A stretch of 64,000 bases of DNA, taken from contig NZ_CANMBJ010000003.1 of assembly GCF_947496075.1 (NCBI RefSeq), forward strand, positions 87,834 to 151,833, given 5' to 3'. This document shows, one piece after another, positions 55,379 to 64,000 of the stretch. Position numbers and translations under genes: made by a program. The number at the start of each line of letters is the position of its first letter. Position 1 is the stretch's first letter. Below the pieces are notes generated by a model. That model did no database searches, was not told the origin of the DNA, and saw only the letters and a list, made by a program, of their open reading frames with translations. This DNA is from an uncultured Tateyamaria sp. GTDB taxonomy: Bacteria > Pseudomonadota > Alphaproteobacteria > Rhodobacterales > Rhodobacteraceae.

Positions 55379-55417
55379 GATATAAAAATTCATGTAGTTG
55401 AATTTGATATTGCTCAA
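55379..55417. promoter_or_regulatory. soxX promoter operator candidates: imperfect palindrome (core AAATTCA-N6-TGAATTT) overlapping a TTGATATTGCTCAA box
   Basis: AAATTCA at 55386-55392 and TGAATTT at 55399-55405. TTGA-N6-TCAA at 55404-55417, 62 nt before the soxX ATG. Confidence 0.45.
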
Positions 55418-55478
55418 TCGTGAATGTGTACGATAGTGTACCCCCAAGAACGGACGGGAATCGTCCAAGGGAGGGCAC

Positions 55479-55955
55479 ATGAAATACGGAATTGGACTTG
55501 GTCTGGCCGCAGCGCTGACAGCCTCTGTCGTCAGCGCAGAGGCCGTGAAACCCACCGCAGTGGTGTTCGAGGATGGCGCGATTGCCTCATCCTTGAGTGG
55601 CACACCGGGTGATGCGGCCAATGGTGCGATCCTGATGAACAAGGGATCGGGCAATTGCATTGCGTGTCATTCAGTCGAGGCGCTGTCGGACCTGCCTTTC
55701 CACGGAGAGGTCGGCCCACCGCTCGACGGAGTTGCGGACCGCTGGAACGAGGCAGAACTACGGGGCATCGTGGCTGACGCAAAGATGATGTTCGACGGCA
55801 CTGTGATGCCATCGTTCTACAAGACAAACGGGTTCATCCGCCTTGGCGATGCCTACACCGGCAAGGCCCATGGTGATGGCGAGGTGCAACCCCTTCTGAC
55901 CGCCCAGGAGATCGAGGACGTCGTCGCGTTCCTTGTGACCCTGAAATTCGAGTAA
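55479..55955 (+). CDS. soxX: monoheme cytochrome c SoxX
   Basis: CIACH motif, signal peptide, first gene before soxYZA. Confidence 0.85.
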   Translation: MKYGIGLGLAAALTASVVSAEAVKPTAVVFEDGAIASSLSGTPGDAANGAILMNKGSGNCIACHSVEALSDLPFHGEVGPPLDGVADRWNEAELRGIVADAKMMFDGTVMPSFYKTNGFIRLGDAYTGKAHGDGEVQPLLTAQEIEDVVAFLVTLKFE

Positions 55956-55977
55956 CCCGAGACAATTGGAGCGTTCC

Positions 55978-56400
55978 ATGGAACTGACACGGCGAAAACT
56001 GCTTGCACTTGGCTCTGGCGCGGTCGCGCTGTCGAGCCTGACCGGCCTTCCGGCCTTTGCCAGCCTGGCGGATGACGCGATTGCGGAACTGACCGGTGGT
56101 GCGGATCTCGGCGAAGGTGCCGTAACGATCACGGCGCCAGAAATCGCAGAGAACGGCAACACCGTCCCGATCGAAGTGTCGGCCCCCGGTGCCGTTGCCA
56201 TCACGCTTTATGCCGACGGCAATCCGGTGCCCAACGTAGCGACCTTCAAATTCGGCCCGCTCAGCGCCTCGCGCAGTGCGTCCACCCGTATCCGCCTGGC
56301 CGCAACACAGAATGTCGTTGCCATTGCCGAGATGGAGGATGGGTCGTTCCAGAAGGCATCGGCCAACGTGAAGGTGACCATTGGCGGCTGCGGCGGCTGA
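55978..56400 (+). CDS. soxY: sulfur carrier protein SoxY
   Basis: Tat signal (TRRKLLALGSGAV) and the invariant C-terminal GGCGG. The ggag RBS favours ATG 55978 over TTG 55966. Confidence 0.9.
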   Translation: MELTRRKLLALGSGAVALSSLTGLPAFASLADDAIAELTGGADLGEGAVTITAPEIAENGNTVPIEVSAPGAVAITLYADGNPVPNVATFKFGPLSASRSASTRIRLAATQNVVAIAEMEDGSFQKASANVKVTIGGCGG

Positions 56401-56424
56401 TCAGACAAGACGAGGAGAAAGAAC

Positions 56425-56754
56425 ATGGCATCTGGTGTAAAACCCCGCGTCAAGGTCCCGAAAACCGCATCAGCGGGTGACACGATCACGATCAAAACCT
56501 TGATCAGCCACAAGATGGAAAGTGGTCAGCGCAAGGACGATGATGGCAACATCATCCCGCGGTCGATCATCAATCGCTTCACCGCAGACTTCAACGGCCA
56601 GAACGTGATTGATGTCGCGTTGGAGCCGGCGATTTCGACTAACCCGTATTTCCAGTTCGAGGCAATTGTTCCGGAATCTGGTGAGTTCAAATTCACCTGG
56701 TACGACGACGACGGTGACGTCTACGAGGAAAGCAAGAAGATCGAAGTCTCGTAA
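56425..56754 (+). CDS. soxZ: SoxZ
   Basis: 109 aa. RVKVPKTASAGDTITIKTLISHKMESG... is typical of SoxZ. Follows soxY. Confidence 0.9.
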   Translation: MASGVKPRVKVPKTASAGDTITIKTLISHKMESGQRKDDDGNIIPRSIINRFTADFNGQNVIDVALEPAISTNPYFQFEAIVPESGEFKFTWYDDDGDVYEESKKIEVS

Positions 56755-56785
56755 GAGGACAGTGATCTCGCCAGGGAGGGAAAAA

Positions 56786-57619
56786 ATGAACTTGAAACCA
56801 TGGATAGCGGTGGCCGTCATCGGAATGGCCGGAGTTGCGATCGCGCAGGACAATAGCACGCTGTCGATCGACGGCGAGACCTTTGTCACAGAAACCGACG
56901 CACCGGCACATTTGGAAAATGTCAGCACGATTTATTCAGGCTGGCGCTTCCGGACACCAGAAACACAAGCGCTTCAGGTCGATGATTTTGACAACCCGGC
57001 GATGATATTCGTCGATCAGGGCATCGACCTGTTCAACGCGGTTGACGGGACCGAGGGCAAGTCCTGTGCCTCGTGCCACACGGATGGCCCCGAAGAATTT
57101 GCAGGGCTGCATGCCAAGATGCCCAAGGTTGTCGATGGCAAGCTGGTCGTGATGGAAGATCTGATCAATACCCACCGCCAGGACGTGATGGGTGCTGAGC
57201 CATGGAAGTGGTCGGGAGCGGACATGCAGGCGATGGTTGCCCTGATCGGTCTGCAGTCGCGTGGAATGCCCATGGACGTGGCCATAGACGGAGACGCAGC
57301 ACCGTTCTGGGAGAAGGGCAAAGAAATCTACTATACCCGCTATGGTCAGCTTGAGCTGTCCTGCTCCAATTGCCATGAAAACAACTACGGCAACATGATC
57401 AGGGCCGACCATCTGAGCCAGGGCCAGATCAACGGCTTTCCGACATACCGCCTCAAACAGGCCAAGCTGATTTCGCGCCACAACCGTTTCCGCGGCTGTA
57501 TCCGCGATACGCGGGCCGAGACCTTTGCCGAAGGGTCGGAAGAGTTCAAGGCGCTTGAGCTTTATGTGGCAAGCCGTGCCAACGGGCTGGATATCGAAAC
57601 GCCAGCGGTTCGCCAGTAA
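56786..57619 (+). CDS. soxA: diheme cytochrome c SoxA
   Basis: CASCH and CSNCH heme motifs plus the conserved RFRGCIRD Cys ligand. Signal peptide MNLKPWIAVAVIGMAGVAIA. Start at ATG 56786 with a gggaggg RBS. Confidence 0.9.
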   Translation: MNLKPWIAVAVIGMAGVAIAQDNSTLSIDGETFVTETDAPAHLENVSTIYSGWRFRTPETQALQVDDFDNPAMIFVDQGIDLFNAVDGTEGKSCASCHTDGPEEFAGLHAKMPKVVDGKLVVMEDLINTHRQDVMGAEPWKWSGADMQAMVALIGLQSRGMPMDVAIDGDAAPFWEKGKEIYYTRYGQLELSCSNCHENNYGNMIRADHLSQGQINGFPTYRLKQAKLISRHNRFRGCIRDTRAETFAEGSEEFKALELYVASRANGLDIETPAVRQ

Positions 57620-57629
57620 ACCAGATCAA

Positions 57630-57660
57630 GGGGCGTGCCTGCGGGTGACGCCCCTTTTTT
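57630..57660 (+). terminator. intrinsic-terminator-like hairpin between soxA and soxB
   Basis: GGGGCGT-(11 nt)-ACGCCCC followed by TTTTTT. Confidence 0.6.
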
Positions 57661-57707
57661 AGGCGTATTAATTCAAACATACGCATATGTATTAAGGGAC
57701 ACGCATC

Positions 57708-59408
57708 ATGATCTCGCGCAGGGATTTTCTTCAGGTTGGGATGGCGGCGTCTGCGCTGGTTGGAACCTCCGGCTTTGGCAAATGGGCGCGGTTGGCGGCC
57801 CAACAGACGCTGACGCAGGATCAGTTGCTGCAGTTCGACACCTTCGGAAACGTCTCGCTGATCCATGTCACGGACATTCATGCGCAGCTGAAACCCATCT
57901 ATTTCCGCGAACCCTCCGTCAATATCGGAGTGGGCGGCAACAAAGGGGCTGTCCCTCACGTGACCGGTGCGGAGTTCCGAAAGCTATATGGGATCGACCA
58001 TGGCTCGCCTTCGCATTACGCGCTGAGTTCGGGTGACTTTTCGTCCCTGGCGCAGGCTTACGGGCGTGTGGGTGGCATGGATCGCGTTGCAACGGTGATC
58101 AAGGCCATTCGCGCCGACCGTCCCGACGCGATCCTGCTGGATGGTGGCGACACGTGGCACGGGTCCTACACCTGCCTCAAGACCCAAGGCCAGGATATGG
58201 TCAATGTCATGAATGCGCTGGAGCCCGACGCGATGACGTTCCACTGGGAATTCACGCTGGGGTCCGAGCGGGTGGCCGAGCTCGTGGAGGCTCTTCCCTT
58301 CGCGGCGCTCGGCCAGAACATCTTTGATGTCGAGTGGGACGAGCCGACTGACCTGTTCCCGCCCTACAAGATGTTCGAACGGGGCGGCACCAAGATCGCC
58401 GTCATTGGTCAAGCGTTCCCCTATATGCCCATCGCAAACCCCGGCTGGATGTTCCCCGAATACGCCTTTGGTATCCGGGACGAGAACATGCAGGTCATGG
58501 TGGACGAGGTGCGCGCTGCAGGGGCCGAATGTGTTGTCGTGCTCAGCCACAATGGCTTCGACGTGGACAAGAAGATGGCAACCGTGGTCACTGGCATCGA
58601 CGTGATCCTGTCTGGCCACACTCATGACGCCCTGCCCGAACCCGTTTTGTCAGGCAACACGCTGATCTTCCCTTCCGGTTCGAATGGCAAGTTCGTCACC
58701 CGCATCGACCTCGACATTCGGAACGGTCGGGTACTGGGCTACAAGTCAAAGCTGATCCCGATCTTCTCAGATGTGATTTCTCCCGACGCAGACACGGCTG
58801 CGCTGATCGACGAACAGCGCGCGCCATTTGAGGCAGAAATGTCCGAGGTGATCGGGCAGACTGACAGCCTTCTTTATCGGCGTGGCAACTTCAACGGTAC
58901 GTGGGATGATCTGATCTGCGATGCGCTATTGGCCGAGCGGGATGCCGAGATTGCACTGAGCCCTGGCGTGCGTTGGGGGCCGTCCCTGATACCCGGCGAG
59001 GACATCACGCGCGAGGACATCTTCAATGTGACCTCCATGACCTACGGCAAAGCCTATCGCACGGAAATGACCGGTGAATTTCTGAAGGTCGTGCTCGAGG
59101 ACGTGGCCGATAACATCTTCAACCCCGACCCCTATTACCAGCAAGGCGGCGATATGGTCCGCACGGGTGGGCTTGGCTACCACGTCGACGTCAGCCAACC
59201 GCAGGGCAGCCGCATCAGCAATATGACACTGCTCAAGACCGGCGAGGCGATTGATCCGACACGGTCCTATGTGGCCGCTGGCTGGGCTTCAGTTAACGAA
59301 GACACCGAGGGGCCGCAGATCTGGGACGTGGTGGAAAGCCATATCGCCAAGATGGGCACCGTGACCGTCAATCAGGACAACAACAGCGTCGTCGTGACCG
59401 GCGTTTAA
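57708..59408 (+). CDS. soxB: thiosulfohydrolase SoxB (5'-nucleotidase/metallophosphoesterase family)
   Basis: Tat signal (SRRDFLQVGMAAS), HVTDIHAQL, GGDTWHGS, SHNGFDVDKK..LSGHTHD. Confidence 0.9.
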   Translation: MISRRDFLQVGMAASALVGTSGFGKWARLAAQQTLTQDQLLQFDTFGNVSLIHVTDIHAQLKPIYFREPSVNIGVGGNKGAVPHVTGAEFRKLYGIDHGSPSHYALSSGDFSSLAQAYGRVGGMDRVATVIKAIRADRPDAILLDGGDTWHGSYTCLKTQGQDMVNVMNALEPDAMTFHWEFTLGSERVAELVEALPFAALGQNIFDVEWDEPTDLFPPYKMFERGGTKIAVIGQAFPYMPIANPGWMFPEYAFGIRDENMQVMVDEVRAAGAECVVVLSHNGFDVDKKMATVVTGIDVILSGHTHDALPEPVLSGNTLIFPSGSNGKFVTRIDLDIRNGRVLGYKSKLIPIFSDVISPDADTAALIDEQRAPFEAEMSEVIGQTDSLLYRRGNFNGTWDDLICDALLAERDAEIALSPGVRWGPSLIPGEDITREDIFNVTSMTYGKAYRTEMTGEFLKVVLEDVADNIFNPDPYYQQGGDMVRTGGLGYHVDVSQPQGSRISNMTLLKTGEAIDPTRSYVAAGWASVNEDTEGPQIWDVVESHIAKMGTVTVNQDNNSVVVTGV

Positions 59409-59426
59409 TCAGGGGAAATCTAGACC

Positions 59427-60689
59427 ATGGATGAGAGCTTCAAACCATCCCGGCGGGCCTTCCTTCGCGGCTCTGCCGCTGTGGCCGCAGGGTCGATGGC
59501 CGGGGCAGCAGCAGCAAGTGGACCCGATCCGCTGATCACCGAATTGCAGGATTGGGCCAGCTACACGGGCGTCGGCGTGGACGAAACGCCTTACGGCATG
59601 CCGATCAGCTTTGAGAGCCACGTGGTGCGCCGCAATGTGGAATGGCTGACCGCCTCGCCCATCTCATCCATCAACTTCACGCCGATCCACGCGCTTGAGG
59701 GGACGATCACGCCGCAGGGTTGTGCATTTGAACGCCACCACTCGGGTGCGATCGAACTGGCGAAACCTGATTATAGGCTGATGATTAACGGCTTGGTCGA
59801 TCAGCCGCTGGTCTTCACCTATGACGATCTGGAACGCTTTCCGCGCGAAAACCACGTCTACTTCTGCGAATGCGCCGCCAATACGGGTATGGAATGGGCG
59901 GGCGCGCAACTGAACGGCGTACAGTTCACCCACGGTATGATCCACAACATGGAATATACCGGCGTGCCACTGCGGACCCTGCTGAAAGAGGCGGGCGCCG
60001 ATATGAATCCCGACAAATGGGTGTATGTCGAAGGCGCCGATGCGTCCTCAAATGGGCGGTCCATCCCAATGGAGAAAGCCTTGGACGACGTGCTTGTCGC
60101 GTTCAAGGCCAACGGCGAGGCCTTGCGTATGGAGCACGGGTACCCGGTGCGCCTCGTCGTGCCGGGGTGGGAAGGCAACATGTGGGTCAAGTGGCTACGC
60201 CGCATTGAAGTGACTGACATGGCCGTGGAAAGCCGCGAGGAAACCAGCAAGTACACAGATGTGCTGGAGGACGGCACCGCCCGAAAATGGACGTGGGAGA
60301 TGGATGCGAAATCCGTCATCACCTCGCCCAGTCCACAAATGCCGATCAACCACGGCAAAGGACCACTGGTCATCTCGGGCCTTGCTTGGTCCGGTCATGG
60401 CAAGATCACGCGCGTGGACGTATCGAAGGACGGCGGCATCACCTGGGAAACCGCGCGCCTGGGCAAGCAGGGCGACACCAAGGCGCTCACCCGCTTCTAC
60501 CTGGACATGGACTGGGACGGCGCGCCGATGTTGCTGCAGTCCCGGGCTATGGACGACACCGGATACGTCCAACCGACCAAGGAACAGTTGCGCGAACAGC
60601 GCGGCGAAAACTCCGTCTACCACAACAACTGTATCCAGACTTGGTACGTGAACGCAGAAGGGATCGCCGAGAATGTCGAAGTCTCCTAA
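59427..60689 (+). CDS. soxC: sulfane dehydrogenase molybdopterin subunit SoxC
   Basis: Tat signal (SRRAFLRGSAAVAAG), FERHHSG, YFCECAANTG, the sulfite-oxidase-family Mo-binding Cys region. Confidence 0.85.
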   Translation: MDESFKPSRRAFLRGSAAVAAGSMAGAAAASGPDPLITELQDWASYTGVGVDETPYGMPISFESHVVRRNVEWLTASPISSINFTPIHALEGTITPQGCAFERHHSGAIELAKPDYRLMINGLVDQPLVFTYDDLERFPRENHVYFCECAANTGMEWAGAQLNGVQFTHGMIHNMEYTGVPLRTLLKEAGADMNPDKWVYVEGADASSNGRSIPMEKALDDVLVAFKANGEALRMEHGYPVRLVVPGWEGNMWVKWLRRIEVTDMAVESREETSKYTDVLEDGTARKWTWEMDAKSVITSPSPQMPINHGKGPLVISGLAWSGHGKITRVDVSKDGGITWETARLGKQGDTKALTRFYLDMDWDGAPMLLQSRAMDDTGYVQPTKEQLREQRGENSVYHNNCIQTWYVNAEGIAENVEVS

Positions 60690-61986
60690 TTTCCTCCTTC
60701 CCGCGCTTGGGGGCACGGCGCTTGTTCTTGGGGCGGCATTCGGTCTGATGAACCGCGACTACGCTGCCGACAAGATCGACACGCTTGAGACGCGGGTTGA
60801 ACAAGTATCGGCGCAAGCAAGCAGCGCCGCCGAAAACGCCAAGGCCGAGGCTGCGCGTGCAACTGAGCTGGAACAGAAGGTGGCTGAAATACAAGCTGCG
60901 GCCGCCAAGCAAACTGCGGGCGGAACGCTGGCCGAACCCGCACCACGGATTGAAGGGCGGTATGGATTGGGTCGCGCGGCCCATCCCGAAGAGATTGCCG
61001 CATGGGACGTTGATATTCTGCCTGATGGGCGCGGTTTGCCCGAAGGCAGCGGCGACGTGTGGACCGGCGAAGAAGTTTTTGTCGATTATTGTGCGTCTTG
61101 CCACGGAGACTTTGCCGAAGGCGTGGACAACTGGCCCGTTCTTGCCGGTGGCTTTGATACGCTGGCCGACAAGGATCCGGTCAAGACGGTGGGCAGCTAT
61201 TGGCCGTATCTTTCTACTGTGTGGGACTATGTCCATCGTTCCATGCCTTTTGGGGGGGCGGGGACACTGACAAACGATGAGACATACGCCATCGTCGCCT
61301 ACATCCTTTATTCCAACGACATGGTGGATGATGATTTCGTGCTGAGCCGCGAGACGTTCATGGACGTCGAGATGCACAATGCAGATGGTTTCATCGTCGA
61401 TGACCGCGCAGAGGCGGAATATGCCGCGTGGAGCACCGAACCTTGCATGGAGAATTGCAAGGACGAGGTGGAGATCACCATGCGCTCCGTCTTTTTGGTA
61501 GAAACGCCGCCCGAAGGTGGGTCCAACTCCGTCATGAATCCCGTATCGGTCAAAGGGTTGCCATCCTTCACTGCCGCAGGCCCATCCTTCATCCCCGCGG
61601 CTGCTCCAAAACCTGTGGACGCTCCGGCATCAGAGACGACGGATGTCGCCGTAGTCAGCGATGGTGACGCGCTGCTTAAACACGGTGAAAAGGTATTCCG
61701 CAAATGCTCTGCCTGCCACGCAGTGGGTGACGGGGCCCAGAACAGGGTGGGCCCACAGCTGAACGGCGTCATGGGCCGTACAATGGGATCGGTCGAAGGC
61801 TTCAAGTATTCAGGCGCGTTTGCCGAGGCAAATGCCGAGGGCAAGGTGTGGACCGCCGAGGAAATGTCCGCCTTCCTGGCCAAGCCTAAATCCTACATGA
61901 AAGGCACCAAGATGGCCTTTGCGGGTCTGAAAAAGGCCGAGGATCTGGACGCCATCACCGCGTATCTCGCGAGCTTTGCGGAGTGA
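60673..61986 (+). CDS. soxD: diheme cytochrome c SoxD
   Basis: CASCH and CSACH motifs. Overlaps the soxC 3' end by 17 nt. Confidence 0.8.
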   Translation: MSKSPNFLLPALGGTALVLGAAFGLMNRDYAADKIDTLETRVEQVSAQASSAAENAKAEAARATELEQKVAEIQAAAAKQTAGGTLAEPAPRIEGRYGLGRAAHPEEIAAWDVDILPDGRGLPEGSGDVWTGEEVFVDYCASCHGDFAEGVDNWPVLAGGFDTLADKDPVKTVGSYWPYLSTVWDYVHRSMPFGGAGTLTNDETYAIVAYILYSNDMVDDDFVLSRETFMDVEMHNADGFIVDDRAEAEYAAWSTEPCMENCKDEVEITMRSVFLVETPPEGGSNSVMNPVSVKGLPSFTAAGPSFIPAAAPKPVDAPASETTDVAVVSDGDALLKHGEKVFRKCSACHAVGDGAQNRVGPQLNGVMGRTMGSVEGFKYSGAFAEANAEGKVWTAEEMSAFLAKPKSYMKGTKMAFAGLKKAEDLDAITAYLASFAE

Positions 61987-62696
61987 TCGGCGTGCGCGCA
62001 TTTCGATTTCTGATGCCTTTGGCCGTTGCCGGGGTGATGTCACTGCCCTGCCAAGCCGAAATAGGCGACGCGGAAGCGGGCGAGAAGGTGTTTCAACAGT
62101 GCAAGGGGTGCCATCAAGTGGGCGCCGGTGCCAAACATCGGAGCGGCCCGCATCTGAACGGCCTGTTCGGAAGACAAGCGGCAAGTCTGGACGACTTCAA
62201 GTATTCCAAAAGCTTCCAGCGTGCCGGCGCGGGTGGTCTGGAATGGCACGCCGAAACACTGGATGTTTTTCTGGAAAACCCACGTGCCATGACCAGTGGC
62301 ACGCGCATGAGTTTTCGCGGAGTCAAAGACCCGCAGGATCGCGCGCACCTGATCTTGTATCTGCGCCAATTCTCCGACAATCCCGCTGACATCCCCGAGG
62401 CGGATCCGACAGCTCAGGCGGTGGACCATGATCTTGATCCCGCCATCCTCGCCCTTAAGGGTGACCCGGAATATGGTGCGTATCTGAGCGGTGAATGCAC
62501 CACCTGCCACCAGGCAGCAGGCAGCGACGAGGGCATCCCGTCCATCACGCTCTGGCCCGAGGATCAGTTTGTCGTCGCCATGCACGCCTACAAGACCAAA
62601 AAGCGCAACCACCCGGTCATGCAGATGATCGCCAGACGGCTGGGAGACGAAGAGATCGCGGCTCTCGCTGCATATTTCAAAGACCTCGAGAACTGA
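61983..62696 (+). CDS. soxE: diheme cytochrome c SoxE
   Basis: CKGCH and CTTCH motifs. GTGA overlap with soxD. Confidence 0.75.
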   Translation: MIGVRAFRFLMPLAVAGVMSLPCQAEIGDAEAGEKVFQQCKGCHQVGAGAKHRSGPHLNGLFGRQAASLDDFKYSKSFQRAGAGGLEWHAETLDVFLENPRAMTSGTRMSFRGVKDPQDRAHLILYLRQFSDNPADIPEADPTAQAVDHDLDPAILALKGDPEYGAYLSGECTTCHQAAGSDEGIPSITLWPEDQFVVAMHAYKTKKRNHPVMQMIARRLGDEEIAALAAYFKDLEN

Positions 62697-62720
62697 GGCA
62701 ACCCTAGGGAGGATATAGAT

Positions 62721-63989
62721 ATGATTTTCAACAGACGGACGTTCCTTGGAACTTCTGCCGTCGCGGCCGCCAGTCTTGCGGCCCCGATGGTGCGCGCGCA
62801 AGGCAAGCCGCGCGTGATCGTGATCGGCGGCGGTGCTGGGGGTGCAACGGCGGCCCGCTATATCGCCAAGGACAGCAAGGGCGCGGTTGATGTGACCCTG
62901 ATCGAGCCCACGCGCACCTACTACACCTGCTTCTTCTCGAACTTGTATCTGGGCGGCATCAAGGAAATCGACGACCTGGGCCACAGCTATGGCGGTCTGG
63001 CCGCGGGCGGCGTGAACGTGGTGCATGATTGGGCCGTGGGTGTGGATCGCGACGCCAAGACGGTCACACTCGCCGGTGGCGGCAGCCTGCCTTACGACAA
63101 GCTGATCCTGTCGCCCGGTATCGACTTTGTCGACGGTGCGGTGGACGGCTGGGACCTGAGCGCACAGAACGCCATGCCCCATGCTTACAAGGGCGGGTCC
63201 CAAACCGAATTGTTGAAGGCACAGCTCAAGGCAATGCCTGAGGGCGGTACCTTTGCCATGGTCGCCCCGCCAAACCCGTATCGCTGCCCACCAGGGCCAT
63301 ACGAACGCGTGTCCATGATCGCGCATTACCTCAAGGCCAACAATCCGACGGCCAAGATCATCGTGGCCGACCCAAAGCCGAAATTCTCGAAGATGGCCCT
63401 GTTCCAGGAAGGATGGAACAACCACTACGCCGGAATGGTGGACTGGATCGGTGAAGACTTTGGCGGTGGCGAAGTGTCTGTAGACCCCGCAGCGATGACC
63501 GTGACCATCGACGGCGAAGAAACCAAGGTGGATGTCTGCAATGTGATCCCTGCTATGAAAGCGGGTCGAATTGCCGAGATCGCAGGCGTGACCGATGGCA
63601 ATTGGGCGCCTGTCAACGCGATTGATATGTCGAGCAAAGCCGACCCGGACATCCACGTCCTAGGCGACGCAAGCCAGCAGGGCGACATGCCCAAGTCCGG
63701 CTTCTCGGCCAACAGCCAGGCCAAGGTTTGCGCTAATGCCGTACGCGGTGCGCTGACGGGGTCCAAGGTGTTCCCGGCCAAGTTCTCCAACACATGCTGG
63801 TCACTCATTGATGCCAATGACGGCGTGAAGGTTGGCGCAACATACGAAGCGACCGCAGAGAAGATCGCAAAGGTGGATGGGTTCATCTCGCAAACCGGCG
63901 AAACCTCGGATGTGCGCAAAGCCACCTACGAGGAATCCGAAGGCTGGTACGCAGGCATCACCGCCGACATGTTCGGTGCATCTGTCTGA
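62721..63989 (+). CDS. soxF: flavoprotein SoxF (FccB-like sulfide dehydrogenase)
   Basis: Tat signal (NRRTFLGTSAVAAASLAAPMVRAQG), VIVIGGGAGGATAARY, YRCPPGPYERVS. Confidence 0.85.
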   Translation: MIFNRRTFLGTSAVAAASLAAPMVRAQGKPRVIVIGGGAGGATAARYIAKDSKGAVDVTLIEPTRTYYTCFFSNLYLGGIKEIDDLGHSYGGLAAGGVNVVHDWAVGVDRDAKTVTLAGGGSLPYDKLILSPGIDFVDGAVDGWDLSAQNAMPHAYKGGSQTELLKAQLKAMPEGGTFAMVAPPNPYRCPPGPYERVSMIAHYLKANNPTAKIIVADPKPKFSKMALFQEGWNNHYAGMVDWIGEDFGGGEVSVDPAAMTVTIDGEETKVDVCNVIPAMKAGRIAEIAGVTDGNWAPVNAIDMSSKADPDIHVLGDASQQGDMPKSGFSANSQAKVCANAVRGALTGSKVFPAKFSNTCWSLIDANDGVKVGATYEATAEKIAKVDGFISQTGETSDVRKATYEESEGWYAGITADMFGASV

Positions 63990-64000
63990 GATCGTGGCGG

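Noticed and set aside
62040-63656. A 538-aa minus-strand ORF opposite soxE/soxF. Similar cases are 43919..44839 (+), 38223..38951 (+) and 48790..49722 (+).
   Set aside because: The opposite strands encode proteins with unambiguous motifs (heme CxxCH, FAD fold, TM repeats). These ORFs are His/Arg/Gln-rich shadows.

Overview
This is a high-GC alphaproteobacterial chromosome segment, probably Rhodobacteraceae-like (inferred only from sox gene order and composition). It has three functional blocks. All calls come from reading the ORF translations and DNA by eye and from remembered family motifs; no searches were run.

(1) nt 1-25,300: 21 co-directional ORFs, many with ATGA/GTGA start-stop overlaps, encode a phage-tail-like extracellular contractile injection system (eCIS).
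- Structural genes: sheath (5' end cut by the window edge), tube, DUF4255 cap protein, AAA+ ATPase, tube-like protein, LysM/gpX-like, gpD-like hub, gpV/gp5-like spike, PAAR-like tip, gp25/GPW, two gpJ-like wedge proteins, a gpI-like protein and a 1134-aa beta-helix fibre.
- A cargo module sits between the ATPase and the baseplate genes: a 78-aa ORF plus two DUF4157 proteins, each with an additional C-terminal HExxH domain.
- No head, packaging, integrase or lysis genes are visible. An IS5-family transposase remnant marks the right border.

(2) 25.9-48.2 kb: a hypoxia/stress island.
- Genes: P2-type cation ATPase, phasin plus PhaC, a MacAB/HlyD-like exporter, Zn-ADH, cytochrome c, CaCA exchanger, M50-CBS protease, a FixL-type heme-PAS hybrid kinase, an OmpR-type regulator, a CRP/FNR regulator, DUF2267, Hsp20, tandem USP and DUF2189.
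- Six promoter gaps carry a TTGA-N6-TCAA (FixK/FNR-type) box.

(3) 52.1-64.0 kb: a sulfur-oxidation cluster, soxT-soxR-soxS divergent from soxVWXYZABCDEF.

Between blocks 2 and 3 lie two FAD enzymes, an HxlR regulator and several gene remnants (APC permease fragment, LysR fragment). No rRNA, tRNA or CRISPR array was seen.
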